Positions 13,559 through 25,834 of a DNA stretch of 64,000 bases are shown here, in pieces. The DNA lies in NCBI GenBank assembly GCA_003971905.1, contig RSEE01000091.1:62001-126000 (forward strand). Reading direction: 5' to 3'. The position numbers and the translations under genes were made by a program. Numbering within the stretch: the stretch's first letter is position 1; each line of letters begins with the position of its first letter. The stretch comes from Moniliella sp. 'wahieum'. Its lineage: Eukaryota. A model generated the notes under the pieces. That model was given only the letters and a program-made list of their open reading frames with translations. It was not told the DNA's origin and did not search any database.

Positions 13559-15669
13559 ATGCCCAGACCCCGCAATGCGCGGGTCCTCTTCGACTTTAGC
13601 GCCACCGATGCCGAGGAAATCACAGTCCAGGAAGACGACCGCGTGCTTTTGCTCCGCACCGGCGCCGACGGCTGGTCGCTCGTGCGCACTAGTGCCGGCA
13701 CACAGGGCATTGTGCCCAGCAGCTACCTCGCTCCCGTAGGCTCGGTGTCGGATGCGCCTACGGAGGCAGAGCTTGCGCGGCAAGAGGAGGAGCTGCGCCA
13801 GCTCGAGGACGAAGAAGCTACCAGGGGACATCATCATCATCAACGGCGCGACCAATCTGCTCCGCAGCCAACCCCGCGCACGCACGAAAAACTTTGGCGC
13901 AAGCTCAGCTCCAAACGGCATGATGATTATGACCGCCAACGTGCCACCCATTCTCACAACGCCTCCCTTGGGTCTACTCACAGCGGTAGCTCGTTCCCTT
14001 CTGGCCGCCGAACGGACTTGGCTCCCCACTCAGCACCTCCACCCACCAAAACCACGTCGTCCTTTGCGCCCGGAAAGCCAATAAGGCAGATGTTCGTATA
14101 TGGTACGACAAGACGGGCGAGTTCAAAACCGAGGCTGCGTTTCTTGGTTTGACTCCAGGCTCCAACGGGGAACGGAATATTCGGTTACACAAGACCAATG
14201 GTTCCCTCATCACCGTCGAACCAAGATTGATGAGCTTGGCTGACATTCAATTTCTCGAGGAAGTTACGGGCCAACGTCTCCGTGAGAAGGATGATCAGGA
14301 TGTGCGTCTGGCCAGCGATGTGATGGTCAGCATGGGCTATGGAAAGCAGCGTGGGGCCGGACGAAAATTGGGAGAGATGGGACAGTCGCTGAAACATCGG
14401 ATTGGTCATGCAACCCATCGTGGTGCCAGTCGCCGAGAAGCGATGGCGGAGCAAGAGCATTCCGAAGCTGAGGAACGTGAACATCAAGTCCAATTGGAGC
14501 GTGCGCGTCAATTGGAGCGCCAATTGGCTCGTGCTAAAGAGCAAAACGCTCTTCACCGCACACGCGAGCTGGAACGTGAACTAGCTCAGGTTAAAGAGCA
14601 AAATGCTCGCTACCAGTCCTTCTCAGCTTCTGTCACTCAGCCCCCGCTGCCTCCCCAAAGCAACTCGAAATGGGTCCACGAGTTCCTCCAGGCTGGCATT
14701 GACGAAGAAGACGCTCAGCGATACGCCAATGTGTTTGAGGAAGAACATGTCGACCCTTCTGTCATCCCTCATTTGGACACCGCCGCTTTCCGTACCTTGA
14801 CACTAAAAGAAGGTGACATTATTCGGTTCCGCAAGTACATCCGCGCTCAAGCCCCGCCTGAGCCTACGCATGTATCTCGTCCCGACAGCAATACCAGGCG
14901 ACCTACCGGTGGCTCAGTGGATTTGTCTGCTTCACCTGGTGGGCCAGCCAGTCTCCCCACGCCGGCCGCTCCCCAACGGTTGGAAAACAAACTCAATCAA
15001 CCAGTTCCGATCCCTCCCTCTCCCCCCGTCCAACCCGCACAGAACCCCTCACCGCCGTCCCCACTTCCTACTCACCAGCCTCTGTCACCCTCAGCTGAGC
15101 CGCCACCTGCTCCGGTTCCCTCCGCCCCAGCGCCGGAGCCTGCCCCACCCCTGCCCTCAACCGCACCCCAAGCCCCTGCTCCCGTGTCTCCCTTGCATGG
15201 CGTGTTTGATGACGTCGCAGCTACGCCCGCGCTTCCGCCTGCTCCTGGGACATGGGGGGGTCCGTTTGCTTCCCCGACTGGCTGGTATGCTCCCGGGATA
15301 AGTAACGTACCTCAGTATTATCCTTTGGGTACGTTCCCGGTGGCACCTATGGCGACTGGAATGGCACAGCCTACTATCCTGCAGCCGAACTTGGGCCCGC
15401 CGGGTATGGCATTGCAGCCACAGTCTGCCTCTACTTGGTCGCCTGTTTCCCCTGCCTCCGTATCTCCAGGTACGACAGGTGCAACGGGTACGCCAAGTCC
15501 GATGCCGCTCATGGGGCAGGCGAATCGGGATGATCTTTCTCCCACCTCTGTCTTTTCTCAGATGAAGACTGGGACGTTTGCCCCGCCAGACAAGTATGCT
15601 GCGCTGCGCGACTTGGACCAGGCAGGTACCTCATCGACTGGTTCCCCCGACGCACGGTGGTACCATTAA
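13559..15669 (+). CDS. Sla1-like endocytic adaptor (one SH3, SHD1, SAM-like SHD2, Pro-rich tail); frameshift near 14090-14150
   Basis: SH3: ARVLFDFSATDAEEITV...GWSLV...GIVPSSYL. SHD1: RIWYDKTGEFKTEAAFLG...IRLHKTNGSLITV..MSLADIQFLE. SHD2: WVHEFLQAGID...LTLKEGDIIRFRKYI. Tail: VFSQMKTGTF..DKYAALR. Confidence 0.8.
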
Positions 15670-16037
15670 CAGTGCTCGCTTCGTAGGTCGAACTGGTTTG
15701 CGTACTTTCGAGCACCTGTATACCAATAGCATGGTGGTGTTCAAACTCGGCTTCCTCTGGCAATACTTTCCGTGCATTTCAGCACACATACTCTGCAACT
15801 AGCTTGCATTAGCACCAATGGGCCGGTCTTTTATAGGAGAGTGGCTAGCTAGTGACACAGGAGAGTGAAACCCTTTTGTTGCCAGATCACCGGTCACCGG
15901 TCACCGGTCACCTGCCGGTGCCTTGCCTGATTCGTAGATGCGAAAGCTAGACTCTAGAGTTGCCGCGCGCAGGCCAGCAGGCCACGTGTTCACTCCTGTC
16001 CCACTGCTTGCCCTGTCCTCTTCGCCACCACCTCCCA

Positions 16038-17100
16038 TTCCCCCTTCCCTTTCTTGCTCACTTCGTTACTTGATTATTACTCGCTGATCGTCTGTGGTTT
16101 AGAGACTAGGTGTCTCAAGGTCAGAGCCTTCACGCGTCGCTAAAGATCTAACGAGGTGAGTGTTCTCTCGCTTACACCCCCTCCCCGCAGTCTCGCTCTT
16201 CCACGCTCTCCCTATCTCCGCTCCCACGCTTCACCCTATTTCCCCCTCTTGCCAAGATGGTCAACGACGAAGCTCATCTATGGAACACCTGCGACAAGGC
16301 CTACCTTGAGAAGGTACTCGCCGAGAACCACATTGCCCAGCGTTCGTCCACCCAGACCAAGAGTGACAGCGCGGCCCAGCTCGCCGCGACCAAGCCTTTC
16401 ATGGAATACACCTTGCCACAGCCTGTCCCGCCCCACCTAACGATGTTCCGCGACCTAGCGGCAGCAGCAGCCGCCCCCCCGGTTGCTGCCCCTGCCCCTG
16501 CAGTCGCCCCGGCTCCGGCCAACGGCGACAAGCCAGGCCTTCTGCGAGCGTATCGCCAAGTTCTCCTGGAACCTGAGGAGGTCTCGATAGACCAGCAGCG
16601 CGAATGGAACGAGGATCTCTATGATGATGACGCCTTGAAGAAGCTCAAGAACGAGCCTTCCCCGACCTGGAATGAGGAAGCCTACGACCTCGCTCGTGTT
16701 ATGTACCACTTTGAACAGAGTCTCCGGCGGCGAGGTGTCTCTCACGTATCAGCCACAAGTTTCGTCATCGCTAGGACTGTTTCAAGGGACCCAAGGGCGA
16801 ACTTGCAGCGGCGACCTGCATAGCACCGCTGGCCCAGTGTTGGTCAAACTTCAAGCGTGCTCTGATCACGAATTTAGGCCCGGCGGAAGCGCTCGAGCAC
16901 CGCGTCATCGATCTCACGCGAGCCAATCATTATGCCTCAATCACCGGCGGAGAAGTGCTCCACCAGGGCGAAGGTGATGGCTGGCTTCTCCTTCCCCCTT
17001 CCCCTTCTTCTCGCTCACTTCGTTACTTCATTGTTACTCGCTGATCGCTGTGGTTTAGAGACTAGGTGTGTCCAGGTCAGAGCCTTCATGCGTCGCTACA
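16038..17100 (+). mobile_element. Internally deleted LTR retrotransposon: two ~105-bp direct repeats flanking a gag-like ORF
   Basis: Direct repeats 16038-16144 and 16992-17100 share GCTCACTTCGTTACTT...TGTGGTTTAGAGACTAGGTGT...GGTCAGAGCCTTCA.GCGTCGCTA and end GTCGCTAAA / GTCGCTACA. ORF 16257-16823 continues in another frame as CFKGPKGE...CWSNFKRALITNLGP, a gag-like WxxFxxxL motif. Confidence 0.7.
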
Positions 17101-17823
17101 CTTTCTACTAATCGTCTTCGATCCCAGGGTCTTGGTGGGAGAAAATGGGATGTGTGAGGTCAGATGGACGCCATATGACCACTGGTATATGCAAAGCTGA
17201 TGGATGCTGGTGGGAAGAGGGAAGTGTGGCGTTGGGTGTTGGGTGTGTTGGTCTGTTGGTCTGAGAAGGCTGGCTGGGCTGGTGGGGGGAGAGAAAACGT
17301 TCGGGCAGCGGCTGAAAATCAAGGTGTGGGGCACGGAGCCTGTGTGCGGCCCTGTGACGTAAGCGGCACCAGCGGTGTTTTTTGTGAGCGTTGTGGGCAG
17401 CAGCGCGTACGGACGTGCGCTGCTGGGCGCCGCACGCGTGCAGTCACCGCCCTAACCCTAGTACTGAGCAGAAAAGCCACTGCCCAGCGCCAGTGTTGGC
17501 ATTGCCGGTGCACAGCGCCAGTGCTGGGGCGGGCCCTGGGCACCTGCCCAGTGTGGCCCAGGCGACGCAGGCGGGCGGGCAGGGGCAGCACGGGGGCGGT
17601 GGATGTGTGTTTGCGTTTGCAAAATCTTGGGTGCTGCTGCTGCTCCACGCGGCCTTCTTTCTTCTGCCACCACCACCGCGCTGCGCAGCCCACCGCTGTC
17701 CTCCGCCGCCCCCCCCCGCCGCCTCGCTGCCCCGGCATCTGCCTGCCCATTCCGAGCGGCTGTTCTGTTTCTTATCCTCCCCGCCTCCGCCGTCTCCATC
17801 CCGCCCGCCCCTATCTGCCCACC

Positions 17824-20564
17824 ATGGACGCAGGTGTCCTTCTCAGCAACTCCCTCTCCCCGATGCTGCCATCCGGCTCAATGCAGAGACTCAGCTCGAG
17901 CACGCCGCGCAGGAGAACTATGTGCGTCCTTCTTCTTGCTTCGGGTCGTCTGCCCGTTTGTGGCACTGACAATTATCTGTTTCATGTCCCCTGCAGCCCC
18001 AGTACATGGCTCTTGGCGGCCCAGATGGCGACCGAGGGCGCTGATCCCAGTGTCCGCGCTGCTGCTGGTATCGCAATCAAGAACGCCCTGTCAGCACGCG
18101 ACCCTGTTCGCTCTGCTGAGCTCGCTGCTCGTTGGCAGTCGCTCCCACAAGAGGCCCGGCTGGATGTGAAATCCAAGGCTCTCCAGACGTTGACCTCGCC
18201 GGTTAGCCACGTTGCACGCAAGCTGCCCAATCCATCTCGGCCATTGCGGCCATTGAGATTCCACTGAACCAGTGGCCTGATCTGCTAACCCAGCTCCTTG
18301 CCGCCTCCTCGGACGCACAGAACGCCAAGCTACGGCAAGCGGCCCTACAGACCATTGGCTTTGTCTGCGAAACCCTTCAACAGAGCGATGCGCTCCAAAG
18401 CCATTCCAACGAGATCCTTACTGCTGTTATCCAGGGCGCGCGCAAAGAAGAGCCTGTCTCCGACGTCCAACTGGCTGCCCTTAATGCGCTCCTGAACTCG
18501 CTCGAATTTGTCTCTCAAAACTTTGATCGCGAGGGCGAGCGCAACTACATTATGCAAGTTGTCTGCGAAGACACACAGCATGCCCGTACGGACATCAAGG
18601 TTGCTGCCTTCAGCGTGTTGGTCAAGATCATGCGATGATGTACTATGAGAAGATGAAGATGTACATGGAACAAGCCCTCTTTGGTGTACGTCCTTCCTTC
18701 CTCTCGCCTCTTGAGCGTCCTCCTGTCTGTTTTTCCAGGCCACTAATTTTTTTTATTTCTTTCTATATTTCGCCCTGTCCAGCTTACGGTTCTTGGTATG
18801 AAGGATCCAGAAACCGGAAGTCAAGCTTCAAGCCATCGAGTTCTGGAGTACGATAGTGACCACGAACTTGCTCTCGACGAGGCAGCTCGGGATGATGAGG
18901 AGGACGGTTTGGTGCCCAACATCGTACCATTTTGCCCAGGTGACAGGCGCGCAAGTTGTTCCTGTTCTGCTCGACCTGCTCAGAGACGCAGGATGAGGAT
19001 GCAGATGAAGATGAGTGGACGGTATCCAAGGCGGCAGGCGTGAGTGTTGGGCTGTTTGCCCAATGTCTACGGGACGCCATCACGCCTATCACTGTCCCTC
19101 ATTGAGAGTAACATCAAGAACGCGGACTGGCACGACCGCGAGGCCGCCGTAATGGCCTTTGGCTCTATCCTTGCTGGCCCTTCGGAGACGATACTTCAAC
19201 CACTGGTCCAGAGTGCACTTCCAGCCATCATTGGCATGCTCCAAGACCCTCGGTGGAGGTGCGGGATACGTCGGCGTGGACGTTGGGTAGGATCACCGAC
19301 TTCCACGTGGCAACCATTGAAAGCAGACGGTTCTTCCCTTGCTGATCAAGGCACTTTTGTCTGCTATTCACGAGCAGCCGAGAATTGCGATGAACTGTGC
19401 TTGGGCTGTGATGAACCTGTGCGAACAGCTGCTCGGGGAAGACGCTGTACCACCCCGCTTTCACCTACTTCCCCGAAATTGTTGGAACTTGCTGCGCGCA
19501 GCCGCGATAAGGACCACCAACGAGTCGAATGCTCGCACGTCGTCGTACGAAGCCTTGTCTACTGCTGCGAGCCAGGCCCCTAAGGACTGCCTGTCGTCCG
19601 TGAGCCAATTGCTTGTGGTTGTAATGCAACGCCAAGAGAAGTTGAATTCTTTGGTGGGCCAGTTGGTCGGTCTGGACGATCGCAACAACTGGGCTGAATT
19701 GCAAAGCAACTTGGTGCCGTTGCTAGTCGGTGGTGAGGCGATTGGGCCGGGAGATTATGCCGGTGGCGGACCAGTTGATGACCAACCTGCACCCTCATAA
19801 CAATGGTGCTTCGGGGGCAAAAATGTCGACTGTGTTGGAAGATGCGTTCTTGGCGGTAGCAGCCGTGATCGCAGCGCTGGAGGCGGACTTTGCCAAGTAC
19901 CTCGAGGCTTTCCAGCCGTTTATGGTGGGTGCTCTGCACAACCATGAGGACTTCCAGTTGTGCTCGATTGCAGTTGGGATTATTGGGGACATTGCCGGGC
20001 TTGGGCAAGGTCGCGGGCACCTTAGTGGGTCGTGGATCCAAGGCTGTATGACAACCTTTCTTCTCCTACCCTCCAACGTTCGGTCAAGCCACCCATCCTC
20101 AGTGCTTTGGCGACATTGCTCTAGCTCTAGGGGCTGGGTTGAGCCCTACTTGTCAGCGACCATGATCGTGTTGGGACCAGGCGTATAAGTTGCAAGTGAG
20201 GGTTACGACATGTTGACTATGTCAATCAACTGCGGGAAGGCGTCTGCGATCGTACGTGGGGTATCGTGTCGGTATTCGGGCGGACCAGCGAGCGGAGCTG
20301 ATCGCTCCGTACGTAGAGACCATTTGGTCTTTATCAAGAGCGTCCATTCCGATCCTGAATACCGCACCGAGACGCTTTCTCGGTGCGCTCGGGTTGCTGG
20401 GCGACGTGGCAGCTACCTTCCCCAATCGTCAGTTGGTCGAAGCGTTGGCCAAGACTGGGTGGCCGACTTATCCGCTCCGGCGGACTAAGCACCACCAACG
20501 GTCAACGCGGCAAGTGGCCACGTGGGCACGGGAACAAAGTGAGCAAGGCAATCACCCGGCCTAA
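17824..20564 (+). CDS. KAP95: Importin beta-1 (karyopherin beta), with introns and many frameshifts
   Basis: MDAGVLLSNSLSP, VRAAAGIAIKNALSARD, NADWHDREAAVMAFGSILAGP, NESNARTSSYEAL, RNNWAELQSNL, EDAFLAV, QLCSIAVGIIGDI, ATWAREQ. Confidence 0.92.
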
Positions 20565-21649
20565 ACACCCGGGTACTGATGTCTGCCCCCCCTTTGTGAC
20601 CTCGCCTCGTACCGCGTATCACCCCGTATCCCCGACCCCTTTGCATTTTCGCGATTCTGCCCACTTCTCTCCACCCCACTCTACTCCACTCCACTCTTAC
20701 CTTTCATCTTCAACCCCGCTACCACGCCCACACTGAGCTATACCGGGCCCCCATCTTTGCCTTCGTCCGCCTTCCATCTCCTTCCCATTTGTTGCTCTTC
20801 CTTTATCCCACCCTTCGATTCATCTCCTTTTTTTCTTCCTTGTTTTCTCTTTTTCTCTGTTCTCAACCCCAATACGAGGAGGAGGGTGTTCCTTGGCTTA
20901 GGGGACTCTTTTTGGTTCTTCTGGATGCCGTTCGGGGATGCTGGATCCCCAGGGAGAAGTTGGGGAGATTCCCGGTGACCCGTTACGGCCTTGACGCGCT
21001 GGTGGAAGGAAGCCGTCCGGACGGGACTTCAAAAGTGACGTTGCAAAGGCGGAGCTTGGGTTGCTTCGGTTGCTTTGGTCGCTTTGGTTGCTCGCACCTC
21101 CTGTTCCTGACTTTGGTCTTGTTTTGAGGGAGAGGGGAGGTGGGAAATGAGGGGTTACGGTTATTGTTCTATCCTTCCTTCCGCCCTGATTTCCTTTTGT
21201 CTTCTCTCTTCGTTGGGTTCGCTTTGGGGGGAGGGGGGGATCTACTTGCCTGGCACGGGAGTTAAAGCTACGCCATGTTGGGCGGCTATGATGATGGAGG
21301 TGAGGGGGCGGCGGGGTAGAGGTACCAGGGTCATGCCTGGACTCGTGAAAATGTATGACCTGTGTGACCCTGATTTGATTTGCATTACTGCATGTGTGGT
21401 TTCATGATCTAGTTCGTCTTTAACATGTAACATGCAATCGTTGTTGGAGCACGATGATAGATGAGGCTCGCAGCTGGAAGCTTCAATGGTTTTGAAGGTT
21501 CGCAAGTAGGGGCTCGGACTTCTTTTTATTGGTCTGGAGACAGGTTGTATAATAGTAGCCGAGCCGGCCTGCCCTCTGGTGCCTCCCTCAGAGAGAAGAG
21601 GGTCTCTTGGGCTCACGCTTGGTTAGTGATTGTACTGCCGAGCCGTTAG

Positions 21650-22306
21650 TCACTGTATTTTGCGGAGCAGTCATAGGTGTGAACTAGAGGTACTAAGGGA
21701 GCGACAAGAGATATGTAGGAGAGCCATCTGCAAGGAAGGAAGAGGGGGGTTTACGCATGACGCGGACAGAATAGTCAGTTCACTAGGCATCTTCTAGTCA
21801 TCGTAGCGGGACGAGAGAAACAGCAGAGACTCTAGGTCAACGTTCAACCTATCTCCATCTCATGGGGGCACAAGTAGAATAGACGTACCCACCGAATACG
21901 ACGGAAATCTTATTGTCCTTATTGGCGAGCGGCAAAGCCTTTTGTCCCAGGGTGAGCGAGTTCCAAATCTGTTTTTCTTTGGTCTGGGAACGAGCGAGCA
22001 TGGCGGCACCACTATCGTTGCAGTCGATGCGATCACAGTGCACACCCGCCTTATCAGCGGCAATCGTACCGACCGCACAGGCGATAGAGAGGACAAAGGA
22101 GAATCGGACGCTTGGGTGGGCACGTGCGACGGCGGGCCACTTGCGCGCGAAGCAGGGTAGAGCAGGCGGGTAGCCAATACCTGCACCTAACCACCTCCTA
22201 CGAAGCCGGCAACAATGCACCCCACTTGATCGTGTACTCCTACTGCGCATTATATTTTGCGGAATGAGATATCGCCGTACGCAGCGTGGTCGAGGGTGGA
22301 GGACAT
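21650..22306 (-). pseudogene. RCF2-like (respiratory supercomplex factor 2, HIG1 family) degraded gene
   Basis: RKWPAVARAHPSVRFSFVLSIACAVGTIAADKAG..DR...WNSLTLGQK...NKISVVFG, then intron 21888-21728, then GW. This resembles the basidiomycete Rcf2 N-half. The downstream QKxVQARMxAQ motif is not recoverable. Confidence 0.55.
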
Positions 22307-23427
22307 GGTGACGAAACAGGAGGTAGGTGGTGTGGACGTAGGGGTGCAATTTACCCTGAATAGTGCTCTCCCATTTATTCCCAACGCCAAACACGCGTCG
22401 GGAAGAGGAAATGACAGAGCCCTTGGCAAAAAACGACGAGGGAAGCGACCAATCGGTGATTTCGATCGTCAGGCTGACCTGGAGCCTGACAGGCCCCGCG
22501 AGGCAGCACAGGGGCAGTGTGGCATTGTGTGTGAGACAGAGGCTTCGGCGGGGCCCAATTGGAGCTTGCAGCTTCCAGCTTGCATTGTAGCTTGTCACCG
22601 CTCCCATCCGACCTCCCAACCGACCTGCCCCGACATGCGACAGGCCCCCAGCGGCCCCGCACGCTTGCAAATGGCAGCACGTTTGGGTGCTGTAGCCGTG
22701 TTACATGAACATGTTACATGTCAGCCGCTCTGATCTTCGATCTGGTTGCACGCGCCTCTTATCTTCTTTGTATACCTGACATCTGATCATCTTGCGTTCC
22801 TTGCCACTATTTTTCACCCTGGTTCACGACGTTCACGGACGAGTATGTACATGTGTTGTTTCGGCAGAGAAGCTTGAGCAGGTTGACCGTTGGACGTTGG
22901 ACGTTGGACGTTGAACGTTGACCGTTGACAACACGAAGTTTCGAGAGAAACCATACCATGAAAAGGGAGCAGGGAAAAGGCCTGAAATCGACCACAACGA
23001 CAAAAAGTAAAACAAAACGAACGAGACAAAGCCATAGTACACAAAATAAGAACCTCGAAGCACGATCTGAAGCTTGAAGCTTGAAGCTTGAACGAACAAA
23101 AACGTAACCGTGGAAATCCACCAACACGTGTATAAGAGTTGGATTCTCACCTTGCGCAGTACACCCCACAAATATACTACTCCGCTGGTACACAGCCACG
23201 TCCCCACCCACGATGCATGAACGCGACATGCGACATACAACACACGACGTACTCACCGTACTTGCCTCCCTACTCTTCCGGGGTAGACAACTTTGCGTAT
23301 ACCAGCCCATCGAAATGAGGCAGAAGGAGAAGCAGAAGCTTGCGAGCCTCGGGATCCCTGCCACCCACGCACCCACTCTTCCGTCTGTCATCAATCATCA
23401 ACATGGATCATGGATCATATAGGTAAC

Positions 23428-23521
23428 CGACCATCGACCATCGACCATCGACCATCGACCATCGACCATCGACCATCGACCATCGACCATCGACCATCGA
23501 CCATCGACCATCGACCATCGA
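23428..23521. repeat. Heptamer tandem array (CGACCAT), about 13 copies
   Basis: Perfect array directly visible, abutting the inferred stop codon of the WOPR gene. Confidence 0.95.
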
Positions 23522-25396
23522 TTACCGATCTTCCTGTGCCAAGCTCAGGAGCACCCCCGCTGCGGACTGGTCGGGCTTGGTGGGGAAGTTGCTGAAGCTG
23601 CCGCGATCCAAGGTCGCAGTCGCGTTCAGGTGCGCTGTACTCAGAGGGGAAGCAGGCGTGCTCACCAACGTCGAGTGGGCCGAGTGAGCCGAGCACGTCG
23701 ACTGGGTCGACTGGGCGGAGTGGGCGGAGTAAGTAGAGTGGGTAGAGTGGGTAGAGTAAGAGGACAATCGATGTGATCGACCGTTCACGCTATGATGCGC
23801 ACCGTGCGAGGGAAGTGCCACCCCCCGTCTCCGGGTGGGAAGGACGTTAGAGGTGGTAGCTGGGAGGCAGGGACGGTGCCGCGGGAAGAGACTTCCGTTT
23901 CAGGTGGCTCGCGGGTGCAGTAAGTGCGTTGGACTTGGTACCGACACAGGTGGTGGGTGGGGTGTTGGTCGCCACGCGTCCTGGTACCGGCTCGACCCGC
24001 CTTCGTTTGTAAGCGGGAGAGTGCGCTTCCGTATGCGCGTCCGCATCTGCCCCTATATCTGGATGGTACGTCTCCCTTCCCTGCTGTGCATATGGGTTGG
24101 CCATTGGTCGACCCGGTTGTGGTGATCGGGGCACCGTGTTGTACCCAGTTGATCCACGGGGAGGCTGTGCACTGCCTCCTCGCCCATCTTCTTGGTCGGG
24201 GTGATATGCCAGGTCAGGATCTGGATCTGGGTACTCAGATTGGTCCACATGGATGGGCCAACCGTCTGATCGGGTATTGGAAAACCGATCGTCTTCGTCA
24301 ATCCGACGCAGGAGTCCGTCTCGCAAGTCCTGTTTGTGGTAGTAGGAGATAACGTGCAGCTTGCGTCCCGAGGTGGTGGTGATGGTGAAGGATTGCTTGA
24401 TCAAGCCATCGACTTTATATTCGTTGTGGGTAGGACACCCTGGAGCGCCATTCCGACTGTGCACAAGGCAAGGCGTAGGGTCAGCGTGATGAGATCAACA
24501 TGCGAGACGAAGCAAGAGCGGGCAGAGCGTAAGGGAGGAAGTATGACGTACTGCTTGCGCACCAGGAGTTCACGGTACGTAAGGAACCCACCGTGTACAC
24601 GGCTCGCGGACCATACCCTTCCATCGGTCCAACGGCGAATACCTGTCTCGGCCTCGTCCCAGGCAAACACGTTGCCCGAACAAACTAAGGCCGCACGCTC
24701 CGATTCGAGAAGGCGACGCGGGATTCGACGCGGCGGGTGGTTGGGTGTGCCATTGGGAAGGTCACAGGCGGTAAGGAGCTTGATGGCCTCACTGGTGGTA
24801 CGAATCAGTCCGACGTAGGTGGGTTGTTGCCGCAAGTGGGACATTTGCAGTTGGAAGTTAGCCTGTTCCGAGGTAAGGGCTGGCGCTTGGCCGGGCACGG
24901 ACCCAGGCACGGACCCAGGCACGGACCCAGGTACGGACCCAGGCACGGCGGGCAGCCGAAGGGGAGCGGAAGCACCATCCAATGGAAGATAGCTTGGTGG
25001 GTTCAATTGCGGGGTACTGCTCAGCCGGGTGCGGTAGGGCACAAGAGGCGCAAAGGACGTATCGGGCATGCTGTGACCGCGTTCGCGCGCGGAAAAGGGG
25101 GGGACCGAGTAGTACCCCGCTGCGTGCGGGGTGGAGGGTGAAAAAAAGGGAGAGGCAGGCTCGCCAAAGGAGGCCGTAGTGTCGGAGGGTGGGCGCGCGA
25201 CAACATTGTCCGATGCCATGGGGCGCGGCGCGGCAGATGCAGTGGAGGGAGAAGAGTAGAGCTCAGGGTAGTAGCTGGGCGGAGGGCCCGAGGAGGCGTA
25301 GTAGGGGTAGCTGGTGCTGGTGGAGTAGGCGGGAGGGCGCATGGGCAGACAGGCCGAGGGTGCTGGGGCAGTGCGGAGAGGGTAGTAGGCGTCCAT
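23522..25396 (-). CDS. Gti1/Pac2 (WOPR-domain) transcription factor, Pac2-type
   Basis: WOPRa: PTYVGLIRTTSEAIKLLTAC...IPRRLLESER..VCSGNVFAWDEAETGIRRWTDGRVWSASRVHGGFLTYREL. Intron ~24459-24550. WOPRb: YKVDGLIKQSFTITT..GRKLHVISYY. The Ser/His-rich tail probably continues by frameshift into ORF 23522-23821. Confidence 0.88.
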
Positions 25397-25762
25397 CGAG
25401 GGAGTGTGTGTGTATGCGTAGGGTGTGGGTGGGGGTCGTACTGCGGCTGGGTGAGAGGGGTAGGGCGGGAGGTGCGGGTGGAGGCGGAGGGGGTGCGTGT
25501 GTGGGGGAGGGGGCGGGCGCTGGGCACGGAAGAGGAGGAGAGGAGGGCGGAGGAGTAGGCCATGGCGGGTGGGGGGGGGAGGCGGAAGGATGGGGAGCGG
25601 GGGTTATCCGGTTATAGGTGTGTGTGGGTGGGACGAAAGGATGATGGATGCTGGTGTGTACTGAGTGCGACGCGTGAGATGCTCTGTTGTGTGCTGCCTG
25701 GGCAGCACATGCCGCACACGCGCCGAATGAACGCAGGGGGGCGTTGGATGGGTGCTCGGCTA

Positions 25763-25834
25763 TGCTGGGTGCTGTGTGCTGTGTGCTGTGTGCTGTGTGC
25801 TGGGTGCTGTGTGCTGGGTGCTGTGTGCTGGGTG
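25763..25834. repeat. Heptamer array (TGCTGTG/TGCTGGG)n upstream of the WOPR gene
   Basis: Directly visible. Confidence 0.9.

Noticed and set aside
21288..21407. Short ORF ending in a CaaX-like CVVS, suggesting a lipopeptide pheromone precursor
   Set aside because: The body (Arg/Gly-rich, several Cys) is unlike basidiomycete pheromone precursors, there is no STE3-like receptor or HD gene in the window, and a chance CaaX ending is likely among this many ORFs
23428..23521. Regular repeat arrays read as CRISPR-like or telomeric arrays
   Set aside because: No spacers, eukaryotic context, internal position, and the units differ between arrays
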